Of a DNA stretch of 64,000 bases, positions 1 to 19,511 are shown piece by piece. The stretch's first letter is position 1. Each line of letters begins with the position of its first letter. Below the pieces are notes generated by a model. That model searched no databases, was not told where the DNA came from, and saw nothing but the letters and a program-made list of their open reading frames with translations. The DNA is from the human T2T-CHM13v2.0 reference genome, Homo sapiens. The translations under genes were made by a program, and so were the position numbers. Location: NCBI RefSeq assembly GCF_009914755.1, contig NC_060927.1. One strand, 5' to 3'.

Positions 1-49
1 CGTAAGTGGACACTCGCAGTTCAAACCTGTGTTGTTCAAGGGTCAACTG
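1..49. mobile_element. Terminus of a Tigger2-family DNA transposon, cut by the window edge
   Basis: Reverse complement CAGTTGACCCTTGAACAACACAGGTTTGAACTGCG resembles the Tigger2 terminal inverted repeat. Confidence 0.75.
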
Positions 50-654
50 CAGCACAGGCGCGTAGAAAAATACAGCAAGGGAAGTGGGAAAGCAGGAGAC
101 TGAAAAAAATTTTAATTACCTATCTACTACTGAAAATGATAAGAAATGACAAATGTCTGCAAATAAATGCCACTAGTCCACTGCAATCTTCCCAGATTAT
201 CTCCACCTCTTCTCCCTTTGGTTGGTATAAGAAGTAATAATGAAAATAAAGTCAGGACACTGGGTGTTAGAAATCTACCTTTGTAACTCAAGATTTCAAT
301 CAAAGCTTTGAAGCGCAGAAAAGTTAAGTGACTATGGCCTAACCTCTCTAGACTCTGGTCACTTGCAAAATAGGGATTATGCCACCAAACAGTTTTTTTC
401 TTGCGAAAATAAAATATGTCACAAATATAAGACCTAACCAATGGGAAAGAGAAAATAAATTTAACTTATATATTGAGTTTCTTTCCAATTTATTTCTTTT
501 ATGGTATTATTACAATATAATTAATGCTTTCTGAACAAAAGATTGAGATATAAGCTCTGAAAGTTGGCCTAATACTCTTGAGGAACAATAAGATTAAATA
601 TTTGAGGTGAGAGATTCCAAGAGTTTAATGAGTAGTTGAAAGAGTAAGAACAGG

Positions 655-1155
655 GTATGGAGACCCACCCAGAACCCCAGAGTTGCCACAAAGATTTTAA
701 GCTGAAGATATCTGAGATTCAACAGATGCAGGAAAAAAGCCTTCTCGGAGTTTCTCTAATCTGACTAAAAGGTGCAGCTTCCGAGAAATGAAGTTACCAT
801 AAATACCCTCTGAGGAGTCTGATGGCCCCGAAGAATGGAAAGACCAGTCATACCAGTTTAGACAAATGTCATCACAAACTTTATCCCCCATCTCTTCTCC
901 TAAAAACTTGTCTTTCCTGAAGAAATGTACGTTTTTCTAATAAAAGCTGTTTCTCCCTCCTTCCTTTCCCTACTAGATTAGGTGTACAAGCTTTTAACTT
1001 CATCCACAAGCTAGCTTCAGTATTTCTTCTGTTGCCTCTTGCATCCATATACAAGAAACTTTTTTTCCATGTTAATCTGTTTTTTTTGTCAGTTTACTTC
1101 ACAGGCCCGTTACTGAACATACAAGGGTGGAGGAAAAGGTTTTTCTTCGCTTAAA
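655..1155 (+). mobile_element. Solo ERV1-class LTR (MER34/MER39-like)
   Basis: TTTTAAGCTGAAG near 5' end; 3' end GTTAATCTGT...GTCAGTTTA...GGAGGAAAAGGTTTTTCTTC typical of this group. Confidence 0.6.
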
Positions 1156-1176
1156 AGGGGCTAGAAGAAATCTTAA

Positions 1177-1668
<492 letters not shown>

Positions 1669-1769
1669 AAGAGATTCTTAAACTATAGGAAGTATGTGAT
1701 AAAACTTTATAACTTTGGGATATGGAGTCCAAAACGAGTATAGTATTATATTTCCAGTTCCCATGTTCG

Positions 1770-2036
1770 ATTATTTTTATTTTTATTTTGAGACGGGGTC
1801 TCACTCTGTCGCCCAGGCTCAAGTGCAGTGGTGAGATCATAGCAATCCTGCCTTGGCTGGGACTACGGGTGCGCACTACCACGCATGGCTAATTAAAAAA
1901 CTTTAAAAAAAGTTTTAGCAGAGACAAGATCTTGCTATGTTGCCCAGGCTGGTCTCGAACTCCTGGGCTCAAGTAATCCTCCCACCTAGGCCTTCCAAAG
2001 TGCTGGGATTAGAGGCCTGAGCCACCACGTCCAGCT
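1770..2036 (-). mobile_element. Alu (J-like, internal deletion)
   Basis: Alu consensus similarity. Confidence 0.9.
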
Positions 2037-2578
2037 AATTTCTGATAATGATTCTCCAAAAAGATTAACAGTAAAGGCCCCCCAAAGTGAATTATTCCTT
2101 GCCTTTGGAATTAATAAAACTGAAAGGAGTTAGAAGATAATGTTCCTTCATATGTCTTGTAGAGATTATTTTTTCTCATAATCAGAATCCAAGTCAAGAA
2201 AGTTCAAAGTACACAAGCTGAAAAACCCATAAAAGTACTTTTTTGGAAGACTAATAAGGCAAACCATAGATCCTGAAAGATAAAAAACTTAATTCTACCA
2301 AAAGCTTACCTTTGTCTCTATCTGTCTGTCTTGTATGTATATATATAAGATTATCAACAAGGCAGAGAATCCCAAGCCTTTAGGAAAGATACTAACTGCA
2401 AGATGCTGATTATCAGAGTGTCGGATGACTCCTTTTGTACTTCTTAAAATCCGATTTGTGTTAATGTTTTTGTGTTGTGTGTGCGTGTAGCTAACCTGTT
2501 ACTAAGCTTTGATGCTTTTCCCCACCTCTTATTATCTTTGTATGAATGTGAGGCTACTTTTAAATTACTTATTACTGG

Positions 2579-2853
2579 GGCTGGGGGCTGTGGCTCACGC
2601 CTGTAATCCCAGCACTTTGGGAGGCCGAGGCAGGCAGATCACCTGAGGTCAGGAGACCAGTCTGGCCAACATGGTGAAACCCCGTCGCTATTAAAAATAC
2701 AAAAATAAGCCGGGCGTGGTGGCAGGTGCCTGTAATCCCACCTACTTGGGAGGCTTGAACCTGGGAGGCGGAGGTTACAGTGAGCCGAGATTGTGCCACT
2801 GCACTCCAGCCTGGGCAAGAGAGTGAAACTCCATCTTAAAACAAACAAAAAAA
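2579..2853 (+). mobile_element. Alu (S-like)
   Basis: Dimer with small deletions; TSD AAATTACTTTATTACT. Confidence 0.95.
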
Positions 2854-4380
2854 ATTACTTATTACTTTGCTAGATTTTGCTAGAGTAGCTATTCCAGAAA
2901 GTCGAGGGGTGCAGGAAAGATAGAGGCACAGGACATTTTTACAGGTTTTAAAACCCAAATACTGTCACATTATCTGATCCTACAGAGGCAGGCTGCTTTA
3001 TCCAAATACGGGTCCTCTGCTTTTCTAAACCAAACCACATCATGAGTGAAATTTTATACCATATCCTAAATTTGTGCCATCACAAACATTCTCAACATTC
3101 CATATTTTAACTCTTCCCCTCTTTCCGTGTGGCTTCTGCAAGACCTCAGCTGCTTAAGGAGTCTTTACCTCTACTTGGTTGTCCAGGTATCATAACTGCC
3201 TTCTTAGTTTTAGTTAATATTAAGTGAAGTTGTGTGGGTAGGAGCATGCATGTATGTTTTGTTTTTCTTACTGCTTTTGTGTGTTCTGTGTGTTTTGAGG
3301 TTAGGGAGCAGATATTAAGTTACCCGTAACCATACCTAAAAAGTTTATATTCCTTATAAACATATAAATGAGAGGCTGTCTATAATACTAAGGAACCAGT
3401 GACTGTAACTCGGCTTCCATATAGTGTACCTACGGGGTGGAATATGTTGGCCAGAAGATAAAAGTACAACATAGGGTCCCATTGGCAGATTTGTTTCTCA
3501 CAAAAATTAACGAATTGACATTCTGACTTCATACGTTAGTCTCTATTGTTTGGTTAATGTGAATTAATATTCAGAATTTACTCCCAATTAAACAAATTTT
3601 CCCCTGTTTAGTTACTAAGCCTAAAAGGCCAAGGTTTTACTAGATTGATAGAACCTCCCATACTTAAGAAAGACCAAGCAATGCTCAACATGCTGCTTTG
3701 ATCAGCTAAAAAACATACTAGATTAAAAAAGAAATTCTGCTTCAAAAAAGAATAAATGTAATTAGTTGATAAATTACAGAATTACTCATTTAGCTCCTTT
3801 ACTCACATCATCTTTTCCTTATTCATCATGTTGTTTATGAGCATCAACAAATATGCTATGTATTCTTTTGGGTATTTAAGCTTTCTAAATTCCACTGAGG
3901 TTTTATTGGAGATGTGGTTATGCTGATGTACACTAGAGTCTTACATATGTTTACTATGGCATGACCTCAAATTCTCCATCACCACCTTCTTCCCCCAGGA
4001 ACTTAGTAAAGTCACATCCACCATACTTCACCATCTAGACACACAGTATACTCCAAACTTGGCATTCTTCTCTTTATTTTAAATAGCGGCAGTAACAGCT
4101 ATTAGAAACATGTCTTAAATCTTGATATTAATAATTATAACCTAATTCAAAAGCTAGAAAAAATCTGGGTGACCTAATTTTTTTGGGCATTATTACTATA
4201 TCTGCTTATGGTTTTTATTATTTTTTCAGATCAATAAAGTAGTAAAAGGGACATTAAAAGCTATGTCTTCAGTTACAGAACAGATTTAAAAAAGTAAACA
4301 GTTAAATTAACCCACATAATGGGGGTTTTGTGGGTTAAGCTTGTGGATGCCAGTTCCCACATCATTAAAAAATACTTTTG

Positions 4381-4705
<325 letters not shown>

Positions 4706-4882
4706 AACTTTTGATCTGGAAAAAGAACTAGGTTCAGACTAAACAAATACTGGATTAGCAAATCAGAAAAAAAGCACAAAAAAGGAAGTTTAGCTTGGAA
4801 GTTAAACATTATTAAATATTAAAGAGGAAGAATTTTAAAAACTAAAATAAGCAATAACTATAGACAATAAGAATGTTATTAC

Positions 4883-4985
4883 CTTCAGGTCGATATTGTG
4901 CAACAATTGTGACAGCCTGGCCAGCATTTTTCAATGCAGCTGCTGCCTGCTCATGACTAGCAGCTCTGAGGTCAACACTGTTTAC
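4883..4985 (-). CDS. DLG1: DLG1 exon, end of PDZ3 ([34 protein letters not shown])
   Basis: 103 nt, phase 0/1, TTTACAG acceptor, AAG|GTAATA donor; overlaps ORF 4842..5027. Confidence 0.97.
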
Positions 4986-6103
4986 CTGTAAATCAAACCA
5001 AATCTTAATTTGGGAGAAAAGAATCACTGTGATTAGAAATCACAATAGTCTATTCTTTGAGTAAGCATGTATTAAAAAATTAGTTGCAATAACTTTACCA
5101 CTAAAATGTTTCTTGTTCTGATTGACTAAAAATATATTGTGTAGTAAAACAAAATATTATCATTCAAAGCTATTTTATTTACTAAAACCACCTTGCTTAA
5201 TGTCAAGTTAGTAAAACCAAAACATTTTCCCCTAGAAGGCTGGGTATCAATCCATTGAGAAATGTACCTTAATTTGAGAACCTGAAAAATCAAGTGGCAT
5301 CATTTTGCACACTTTATTTTGCTAGGAACTCAAGCAATGGGAGGGAAAGTCATTTTGCTTGTAGCATCCATTTACCTCCTGCCACATTCTCACGCCTACT
5401 GCTCAATTCAGTTCCAATTATTTTTCTTCCTGTACAAACTAAAACTTCCATTCTTTTGGTATAATAGGAAAGCTATTATTTAGAAATATTAAAACAGCTC
5501 AGATTTCAAGGACTGATTTAATTAGAATAAATGTTAATTAAATGAACCAGGAGTTATTTTTTGAATTAAGAGCCCTTCCTTAGGTGAAATAATTATCCAA
5601 TTCTACCAGTAGGTACAATCCTACTCCAGAAGAAGAGGCAACTTAATTCTTATTTCTCAAAGGTTACCAATACTTTGCGCGCATATATACATATATAGTG
5701 CAAGGTACATTATCTTAAGAGATTGTTCCTTTTCCACAATAAGACAAACTTAAGAGGACATTCATGGAAGCATTATACTTGAATGTAATAAACTTTAAAT
5801 ACCGAATTAAAAAAAATTAAGAAGCAACAATGAATAGAATATGGCAATGTTCAGGACCTTCACTGAAAATTTTTGGAAAGGAACGATCATCATGCAATTT
5901 TTACACAAAAACTTGTTTTGTTGAGAACTAATCTAAAATCTGTTAAAGATCACATATCACTTTTAAAAAATTTGACTATGAGCCCAGAAATTCTTGGGAT
6001 CATAAATTTACATAAAGAACATTTTAACCATATAAAGATCTGATGTTTTATGTTATCTAAAAAGAAACCATTATGCAACTAAATTTAAATACATACCCCT
6101 TGA

Positions 6104-6390
6104 GGCTGGGCATGGTGGCTCACACCTGTTATCCCAGCACTTTGGGAAGCTGAGGTGGGTGGTTCACTTGAGGCCAGGAGTCTCAGACCAGCCTGGCCAA
6201 CATGGCAAACACCTGTCTCTACTAAAAATACAAAAATTAGCCGGGCATGGTGGTGTGTGCCTGTAGTCCCAGCTACTCAGGAGGCTGAGGCATGAGAATC
6301 ACTTGAACCTGGGAGGCGGAAGTTACAGTGAGCTGAGATCACATCACTGTACTCCAGCCTGGGTGACAGAGAGAGGGACGCTCTGTCTCC
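6104..6390 (+). mobile_element. Alu (S-like) lacking a poly-A tail
   Basis: Full dimer followed by a C-rich tract. Confidence 0.93.
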
Positions 6391-6809
6391 AGCCAGCCCC
6401 CCCCACCCCCCTCAATGAAAACCAAGATCTAAAATCCATAACATAAACAAATGTAAACAATGTGGTTATTAGTATCTCCAGCTGATGATGGCCATATAAA
6501 ACTCAATACAATGTATAAACAGTTCTACTTAGTGCATAAAGAAAATCCTCCCAATTCCTGGGAGAACATATCAGGCAAGAAATATAAAGAAAGACAGGTT
6601 TTTCACAGATTATTGTAGAAAAGATTAAGAATGTTAATGAATTATTTCTGTGCACCAAACTCTTTTAAGAGCATAATTTGTTGAACAAAACTACATATTA
6701 AAGACTTTCCAGACTATCACTGAACATTTCAATTGAAGATACATTATTAAGGATATTTTAGAAGAAATTCCAGTACTGAGAGAGATACTTGTATAAATAG
6801 CCTTAGAGT

Positions 6810-7200
6810 CACTTTTTTTCTTTTACACCAACATTTTTAAAAATGGAGAAATAATTCGCATACCATAGAATTCACATTTTTAAAGCATATAGTTTAGTGG
6901 TTTTTGGTATATTTGCAAGTCTGTGCAACCATCATTACCACCTAATTCCAAAATATTTTCATTACCCCAAAAAGAAACTCTGTATCCACTGACAGTCACT
7001 CCTGTGTCTCCTCTCCATCCCTGGCAACTACGAAGCTACTTTCTGACCATACTGTACATATACCTATATATACCTATTTGGTATATTTCAAATAAACGGG
7101 ATATATAATATGTAGCCATCTGTGCTTGGCTTCTTTCACTTATTTTCCAGGTTCACCCTTGGAGCATGTATCAGTACTTCATTCCTTATATTTAGTGGCG
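6810..7200 (-). mobile_element. Old L1M 3' fragment
   Basis: ATACCATAGAATTCACATTTTTAAAG...GTGCAACCATCA...CCCTGGCAACTAC pattern. Confidence 0.75.
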
Positions 7201-7242
7201 CTAAATAATGCGCCACTAAAATCCATTAAAAATGGATATACT

Positions 7243-11030
<3,788 letters not shown>

Positions 11031-11659
11031 TTTAAGTTTATTGATCGGTCTACTATTTCCTAGTGCTTTTAGGGCATTTCCCTAGAGAAGTTCAGTAAGC
11101 ATTAAAATTTTAAGGTTACTGATGCATATTGCTAAACATAATGCTGTATTTAACTGCACTCACATTAGGGTGAGCTACTTCCCTGGACTAGCTGAGACTT
11201 CCAGTTTTAGAATCAAGACCAAAGGGTTTCCAGACATGGGGCATTCAGTTCTAAAACCATGAATGTTCTGGGTGAACTAGGTTGAGTTGGTTGGTCTCAC
11301 ACACTTTAGCACTGTATCAATGACCTATCTAAAGTGGTTCCAAAGGGACAATTTAAAAACATCTATTACTGAACTCTAGGCTAAACGAAAATTTATTTGG
11401 ACACAAAGTGTGAAGTGAGGCTCTAAGCTAATTTTATTTCCCTAAATAACTAGGTAATATGTTCAACAATATTAATCTTTTAAGTCCATTCCCTACCACT
11501 AAGTTTTCCTTATCATACTGTAACTTAAATAAATTACAGTATATTTTACAATGAAATGTAGAAATTTGAACAGCTCAGCTGAAAGGATTTTGCTAACCGT
11601 AAAAATCATGAAACCACTACCCCAGACAAGACATGTATCTTTTCCACCGATGTTCAACT

Positions 11660-13695
11660 GTGCACTTCTATAGTCAGTCCCAATCACTGGCAACCACTTT
11701 CTGACTTACAGCACCACAAGTTAGTGTCACCTGCTCTTGATTATCATGTAACTGGAATTATATAGATTGTATTTTTGTTATCTGTTTTGCTCAACATACT
11801 TGTTTTGTGTTTCAGTAGTTGTTCCTTTTAATTGCTGAGTAGTATTATATTGTGTAAACATACCACAATTTAGCAATTGTCCTGCTGATGGAAACCTGGG
11901 TCATTTCAAGGTCTAGATTATTATGAATAAGGTTGTTAAGAATGTTCTTGTCAAAGTGTTTTTGTTGATGTATGCTTTCATTTGTCCTGGGTAAAACCTG
12001 GGTGATAAGATTAGATGTATGTTTAACTTCTTAAAAACCTTCCCAAAAGTTCTTGTAGTGGTATACCATTTACACGTCCACTAGTAGTGAATGAGGGTTG
12101 TAGCTGCTCCACATCCTCATCAATGAATGTTGTTATTTTTTTCTTTTGTTGTTCAACTAAGTGGGATATAGTATTTCATTACGACTTCAAGAATACCTAT
12201 TTTTATCTAGGCATAATCAATCTTCTTTAGTGTATAGTTAAGTTTTGGCAAATGTGAATTTCGTGCAGCCACCCACAATCAAAATATAGAACAATTACAT
12301 CACTCTTATTCAACTCCCTACAAACCTCTTCATTCACTGCGGTTTGTGCACTTCTCTGATGCCTAATGTTAAGCACCTTTTCATGTGCTTACTGGCCATT
12401 CACATATCTTTTGTGCTGTACCTGCTCAAGTCTTTGGTGCATTTTTAATTGGGTTATTCATCTTTTTATTGTTGATTTGTAGGAGATATTTATATATTGT
12501 GGATACAAGTAGTATGTCATGTATGTGCTGAGAATATTTTTTACCACTGTGTGGCTTGCCTATTTGGTTTTTTTCTTTCTTTTTTTTTGAGACAGGGTGT
12601 TGCTCTGTTGCCCAGGCTGGAGTGCAGTGGTGGGATCAAAGCTCACTCACTGTAGCTTCAAACACCTAAGCTCAAGTGATCCTCCTGCCTTAGCCTCCCA
12701 AGTTGCTGGGACTACAAGTGCCCACTACTATGTCTGGCTAATTAAAAAAAAAATTTTTTTTTAAAGATGGGGTCTTGCTATATTGATCAGGCTGGTCTCA
12801 AACGCCTGGCCTCAGGCGATCCACCTGCCTCAGCCTCCTGAGTTACTGGGATTATAAGCAAGAGTCACGTCACCCAGCGTATTTGGTTTCTTAATGTCAT
12901 CTTCTTTATGGTTAGTGTTTTATGCATTTTGTCCAAGGAACTGTTACCTACTCTAGGCCTGTGAACATAGTCTCTGATATTTTCTTCTAGGAAGATTATG
13001 GTTCTGAGTTTTATATTTAGATCTATAATCCATCTAGAATTAAATTTTATGTCTGGAGTAAGACTGGTTTAGGTTTATAATTTTATATACAGATATCTAG
13101 GTATTATAGCACCATTTGTTAAAAAGATTTTCCCTTCTCTATTGAACTGACTTGGTGGCCCTCTGGTACTATTTAAGAAATTTGTCTAATCCATATTTAC
13201 TAAGATTTTCTTGTATGTTTTCTTTTAGAAGTTTAGTTCTATGGTCCATTTCAAGTTAATTTTTCTATACAACATGAAGTAAGAAATGAGATTCTTCTTC
13301 TTTTCCTTGTGTCTACTTGTTCTATCAATTAAAGAAGAGGGCATTTAAATCTCCAAATGTGACTGTAGATTTGTCCATTTCCTTCCTTAGTTCTGATAAT
13401 TTATACTTCATGTATTTTGAAAGTATTACTAGGTATGTCTTCTTGATGAAATGACACTTTTATCTTTCTCGCTGCTTTTATAATTATGAAATCTATGTAT
13501 AATAACATTATTTGTCTTAAATTCTATTTTGTCTCATATTAAGACAGTAGCTTTAGTATGCTATTTGCATAGTGTACCTTTTTTCACTTTTACTTACAAC
13601 CCATGAACCTTTATATTTAAAGTAAATTTCTGATAAACAGTATATAGTTTGGTCTTGCTTTTTTGAACCAAGCCGACAATTTCTGTATCTTAAAA
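11660..13695 (-). mobile_element. Old L1M(E-like) remnants
   Basis: T-rich L1 ORF2/3' patterns, e.g. AGCACCTTTTCATGTGCTTACTGGCCATT. Confidence 0.7.
12567..12878 (-). mobile_element. Alu (J-like)
   Basis: Full dimer. Confidence 0.92.
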
Positions 13696-13844
13696 TCGTA
13701 GCTTTTAAGATTAGATAAAGAAAATTTAAGCTGCTATAGTTTCAGATTAGATATAGATAAGATATAGTTAAGATACAGTTATAGGTAAGGTATAGATAAG
13801 ATGTAGTTTCAGATTAGATATAGATAAGAAAATTGAAGCTGCTA

Positions 13845-14012
13845 CAGTTTCAGCTTCTTGGGAGGCTCAGGCAGGAATATCGTTTGAGCCCGTAAGTTTG
13901 AGGCTATAATAGTGCTCTATGATTGTGCCTGTGAATAGCCACTGTACTCCAGCCTAGGCAATGCACTGAAGCCCTGTCTCTTAAAAAATAAAAGAAAGAA
14001 AAAAGAAAAGAA
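13845..14012 (+). mobile_element. Alu monomer (FRAM/FAM-like)
   Basis: Right-arm similarity with A-rich tail. Confidence 0.8.
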
Positions 14013-14029
14013 AATTTATAAACTTGAAT

Positions 14030-15790
<1,761 letters not shown>

Positions 15791-15907
15791 TTAAGAAGAT
15801 AACCAAGATATCCCCATTACTTTAGGATATAAAAAAACAGAAGACCTTGCTTTAAAAATAGGTCCAGTGAAAATAACAAAAACGTGATCTTGACTAACGT
15901 GTCTTAC

Positions 15908-16064
15908 CGATATAATACGATCTCCTTTTCTGAGCTCTCCACTTAGATCAGCAGGTCCTCCGGCTAAGATAAAGGAAATAAATATTCCTTCTCCATCTTC
16001 TCCTCCTACAATGTTGAAACCAAGGCCCGTTGAGCCACGATGAAGAACAACTTTTCTAGGTTCC
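15908..16064 (-). CDS. DLG1: DLG1 exon, PDZ3 ([21 protein letters not shown]...GDRIIS)
   Basis: 157 nt, phase 2/0, TTTTTAG acceptor, TCG|GTAAGA donor, GLGF motif. Confidence 0.97.
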
Positions 16065-17039
16065 CTAAAAATTAAAAAAAATTGAGTATCTTGGAAATTT
16101 TATATAAAACCTGACATTCTATCAGTGAGAACTACCTACTGATAATTTTTATGTTATCAAACTACAAAGAAAGCTAGACAAAATATAAATGGTTTTTCTA
16201 AAACTACGAGATAAAGAGATTCTAAGCCTACAAATCAAAGGAAAAAATCTAATTTTATATAAAAGCAAAAAACCTGTGTTATATAAAACAGAAATGAAAC
16301 CAAAACAGAAAAAAAACGTGGAAATTTAAAAGTATTATAAGAGCTTATCAGGAAATACACATACTCATGAAAAGCTGATGTTGCACACTTTATTGCCTTC
16401 AAAGCAATCACTGCCCCTACTTAGAAGTTTAAAAGGCAGGTATCCTTTTGTCTTAGAGAAGGCAGGCCCTTTCTCCAGTCTCAAAGGGATGAACCATAAC
16501 CAACCTAAACAAGTTATTGCAATCCCATGCCCCTTTGCTGAGGTGAGAGTATAACCCCATTCTAACCTCTGGTAAATGAAGGGAAATTTTATTGTCATTT
16601 TCTAGAGACAGACAAACCTTATCAAGGACAAAGCATCTTTGCTACCTTCCTTTCCTCAAAAAAACGAAACAAAATAAACAAAACCCCACACGACTGAATA
16701 ATACAATCCCTTTACTGGTTTGGACATATTATAATCAGGAAGGTGAAACCAAGAGTATACCGAAGACACCACAGGCCTAAGGTTGCTATACCAACCTTGG
16801 AAATGCCCATCTTCAGGCTTTTTATATGAAATAATTAAAACCTATCTGCAGGGGCACAGGTAGGTTTTATCATATTAGTGATGTTTTATTTCCTAAATTA
16901 GATGGTGAATTCCGGATTTACTGTTCCCATTATGCTTTAAAATATGTATGAATTAGAATTTTATATTAGGAAATTATACTTGATTAAAAAATACTCAGCT
17001 GAAATTCAACAGTATTTCCAGGGGAAAATACACTCTGAT

Positions 17040-17925
17040 TTTCAAATAATGTAAGCACATGAAAAGGTGCTCAACATCATCAGTCACTAGGGAAAGAGAT
17101 ATAAAAATAATGAGATACTTCAGGTCTACTAGGATGGCTATTAAAAAAACCACAAAACAAAAAGTAACAAGTGTTGATGAGGATGTAAAGAAATTGCAAC
17201 TCACACATTACTGATGAGAATATAAAACGGTGCAGGCACTACGAAAACCAGTTTGGTGGTTCCTCAGAAAGCTAACATAGAATTACCATATGACTCAGCA
17301 ATTCCACCCTTAGGTATATATCCCAAGTAACTGAAAGCAGTGATTTGGACAGATACTTGCATGCCAGTGTTTATTATAGAATTACTCACAATAACCAAAA
17401 GGTGAAAATAACTCAAGTGCCCATCATTAGATGAATAAACAAAATGTGGCATATATGTATAATTGAACAGTATTGTCATAAAAACAAATGAAATTCTGAT
17501 ACATGCTAACAAATGAGTGTATCTTGACAACATAAGTGAAATAGGCCAGTCACAAAAGGACAAATATTATACAGTTCCACTTTTATAAACTATCCAGAAT
17601 AGGCAAATTCATAGAGACAAAAAGTAGATTAAAGGTTACCAGGGGCTGGGAAGACAGTGGAAGGGAGAATTACTGCTTAATGGTCACAGAGTTTGTCTGA
17701 AGTAATGAAAAGGTTTTGGAAATAGTGATGGGTTCCGAAAATTGTGAATGCAATTAACACTACTGAATTGTACACTTAAAAATAGTTAAAATGTCAAATT
17801 TTGTTATATATATTTCGCTACAATTTTTAAAAACTGATGTAATATACCACAAATTGTATACTTTAAACAGGTGAAATTTATGATATGTGAATCATATCTC
17901 AATAAAGCTGTTAAAAAATAAACTT
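17040..17925 (+). mobile_element. L1MB-like 3' end
   Basis: End of ORF2 plus 3' UTR, AATAAAGCTGTTAAAAA terminus. Confidence 0.85.
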
Positions 17926-18837
17926 TAGAACCAAAATGTAGGTATGTTGTGATTTTTTTTTTTACTTTTTTGATATTGGTAACATCTGAAAGACTGCTTA
18001 AAGTCAAATTGTGAAGAACTTATAATGTTGGAAAGATTTTATACTTCATTATTACAAAGTAGTGTGATTATCAAAAGGGAGTGGTTCATACTTAAAAGTC
18101 CAATGCAATATTCTAGACAAGAGACTCAAGTGAAGAAGCATGAGGAACAGTAATCAAGGTGCAAATATAACTTATTTTTTAGTTTGTAAAATATGCAAAG
18201 AGATTAAAGACTAGATAAGCCATTCACTATTACAGTTTCCCTCTTTACGGCCTTAAATAGGCACTATTAGAAAGTAATAAAAATAAATGGCAATGAAAGG
18301 TCACTCTAGAAGCACTGCCTGAAGACTAGCAGCCTTGGATATTCCCATCACAAACAAATAAGAACACTATTCTTTCTGCTAATTTTCATCCCAAACACAA
18401 TTACTGACAACCTATTAAGTTTCCAACATTGCTAATTCTTTATGAAAGAAAAGAGACAAACACTCCTATCTGTCCTAAAGATCACTGCCTAGAATCAGGA
18501 GTCTGATAAGTAAAAAATAATAATAATGCTAACAATAATGTAATCAATAAACGTTAAGAACAGACATTACTTAGTATACATTTTAATGTTGAATCTGTAA
18601 TATAAAAGACGTGTACAAATTACAAAGCAAACTCTATAGTGTCTTATTACTATATTGAATAATATGAAAAAGATCTACAATGCTTTTTCACCAATTTTTT
18701 TCTACCTCATTAGAATTCTTTGGGATTAAAAAGACAGTTAATCTATACATTTCAGTGCAGGTAGTAATTTTAGATGAAAGTAAATTTTGTGTGTCAGAAT
18801 ATCAAGGATATATAGCAAACAAACAAACCCACCCACC

Positions 18838-18995
18838 AGCCAGGCAAAGGGGATCACGCCTGTAATCTTAGTACCTAGGGAGGCAGATACGGGAGGATAG
18901 CTTGAGTCTAGGAGTTGGAGGCTGCAGTGACGTACGTTCATAGCACTGCACTCCAGCCTGGGCAACAGAGTAAGACCCTCCTGCTAAAACCAAAC
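18838..18995 (+). mobile_element. Alu monomer (FAM/FRAM-like)
   Basis: Single arm with CAAAC tail. Confidence 0.8.
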
Positions 18996-19390
18996 CAAAC
19001 CACCACTTATTGAATTCTGAACACAAATCAAATAACTGCCATATTTTTATGGTATATATTAGATAAGGAACATATAAAATGTTACTTTAAAATATGCATA
19101 AGAATTTTCTTAACTTAGTTTTACTAAGCTAATTCCTAAGGACAATTTACCAAGCCTCAAAGAAAAGCAGTATTAATTTTAAAAAAGGAGTGGTAATTTA
19201 TTTGTAAAAATAAAACATGTATATTTCAGGCTCTTCAATGAATCCTCCTATGGAAAAAAATTAACCTTTAAGCTCACTAACTGTCAATAAAATTTTTTAG
19301 TCCTAAAAATTGTGGCTATCTTACATGGCTGATTAAAATTCAATTTAATAGTTGATTTTATGTAAGAAGGATAAATGTTAACTTCCTTAC

Positions 19391-19511
19391 CTTGTAATTT
19401 CATCATCTCCAAGTACTGCTTTAGAAACTGGGGAGTATCTGGCTGGAGATGCTGGTGTCTGGCCCAAGAAGGAAGATGGGCTAACATGGTTATCAACAGG
19501 CTGAGAAGAAG
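19391..19511 (-). CDS. DLG1: DLG1 exon, PDZ2-PDZ3 linker ([39 protein letters not shown])
   Basis: 121 nt, phase 1/2, TTTTGAAG acceptor, AAG|GTAAGG donor. Confidence 0.96.

Noticed and set aside
4980-4990. Exons starting with GT (CAG|GTAAAC, TAG|GTGAAT) as recursive splice sites
   Set aside because: AG|GT is common at acceptors and explained by Val/Gly codons; the reconstituted donors would be weak
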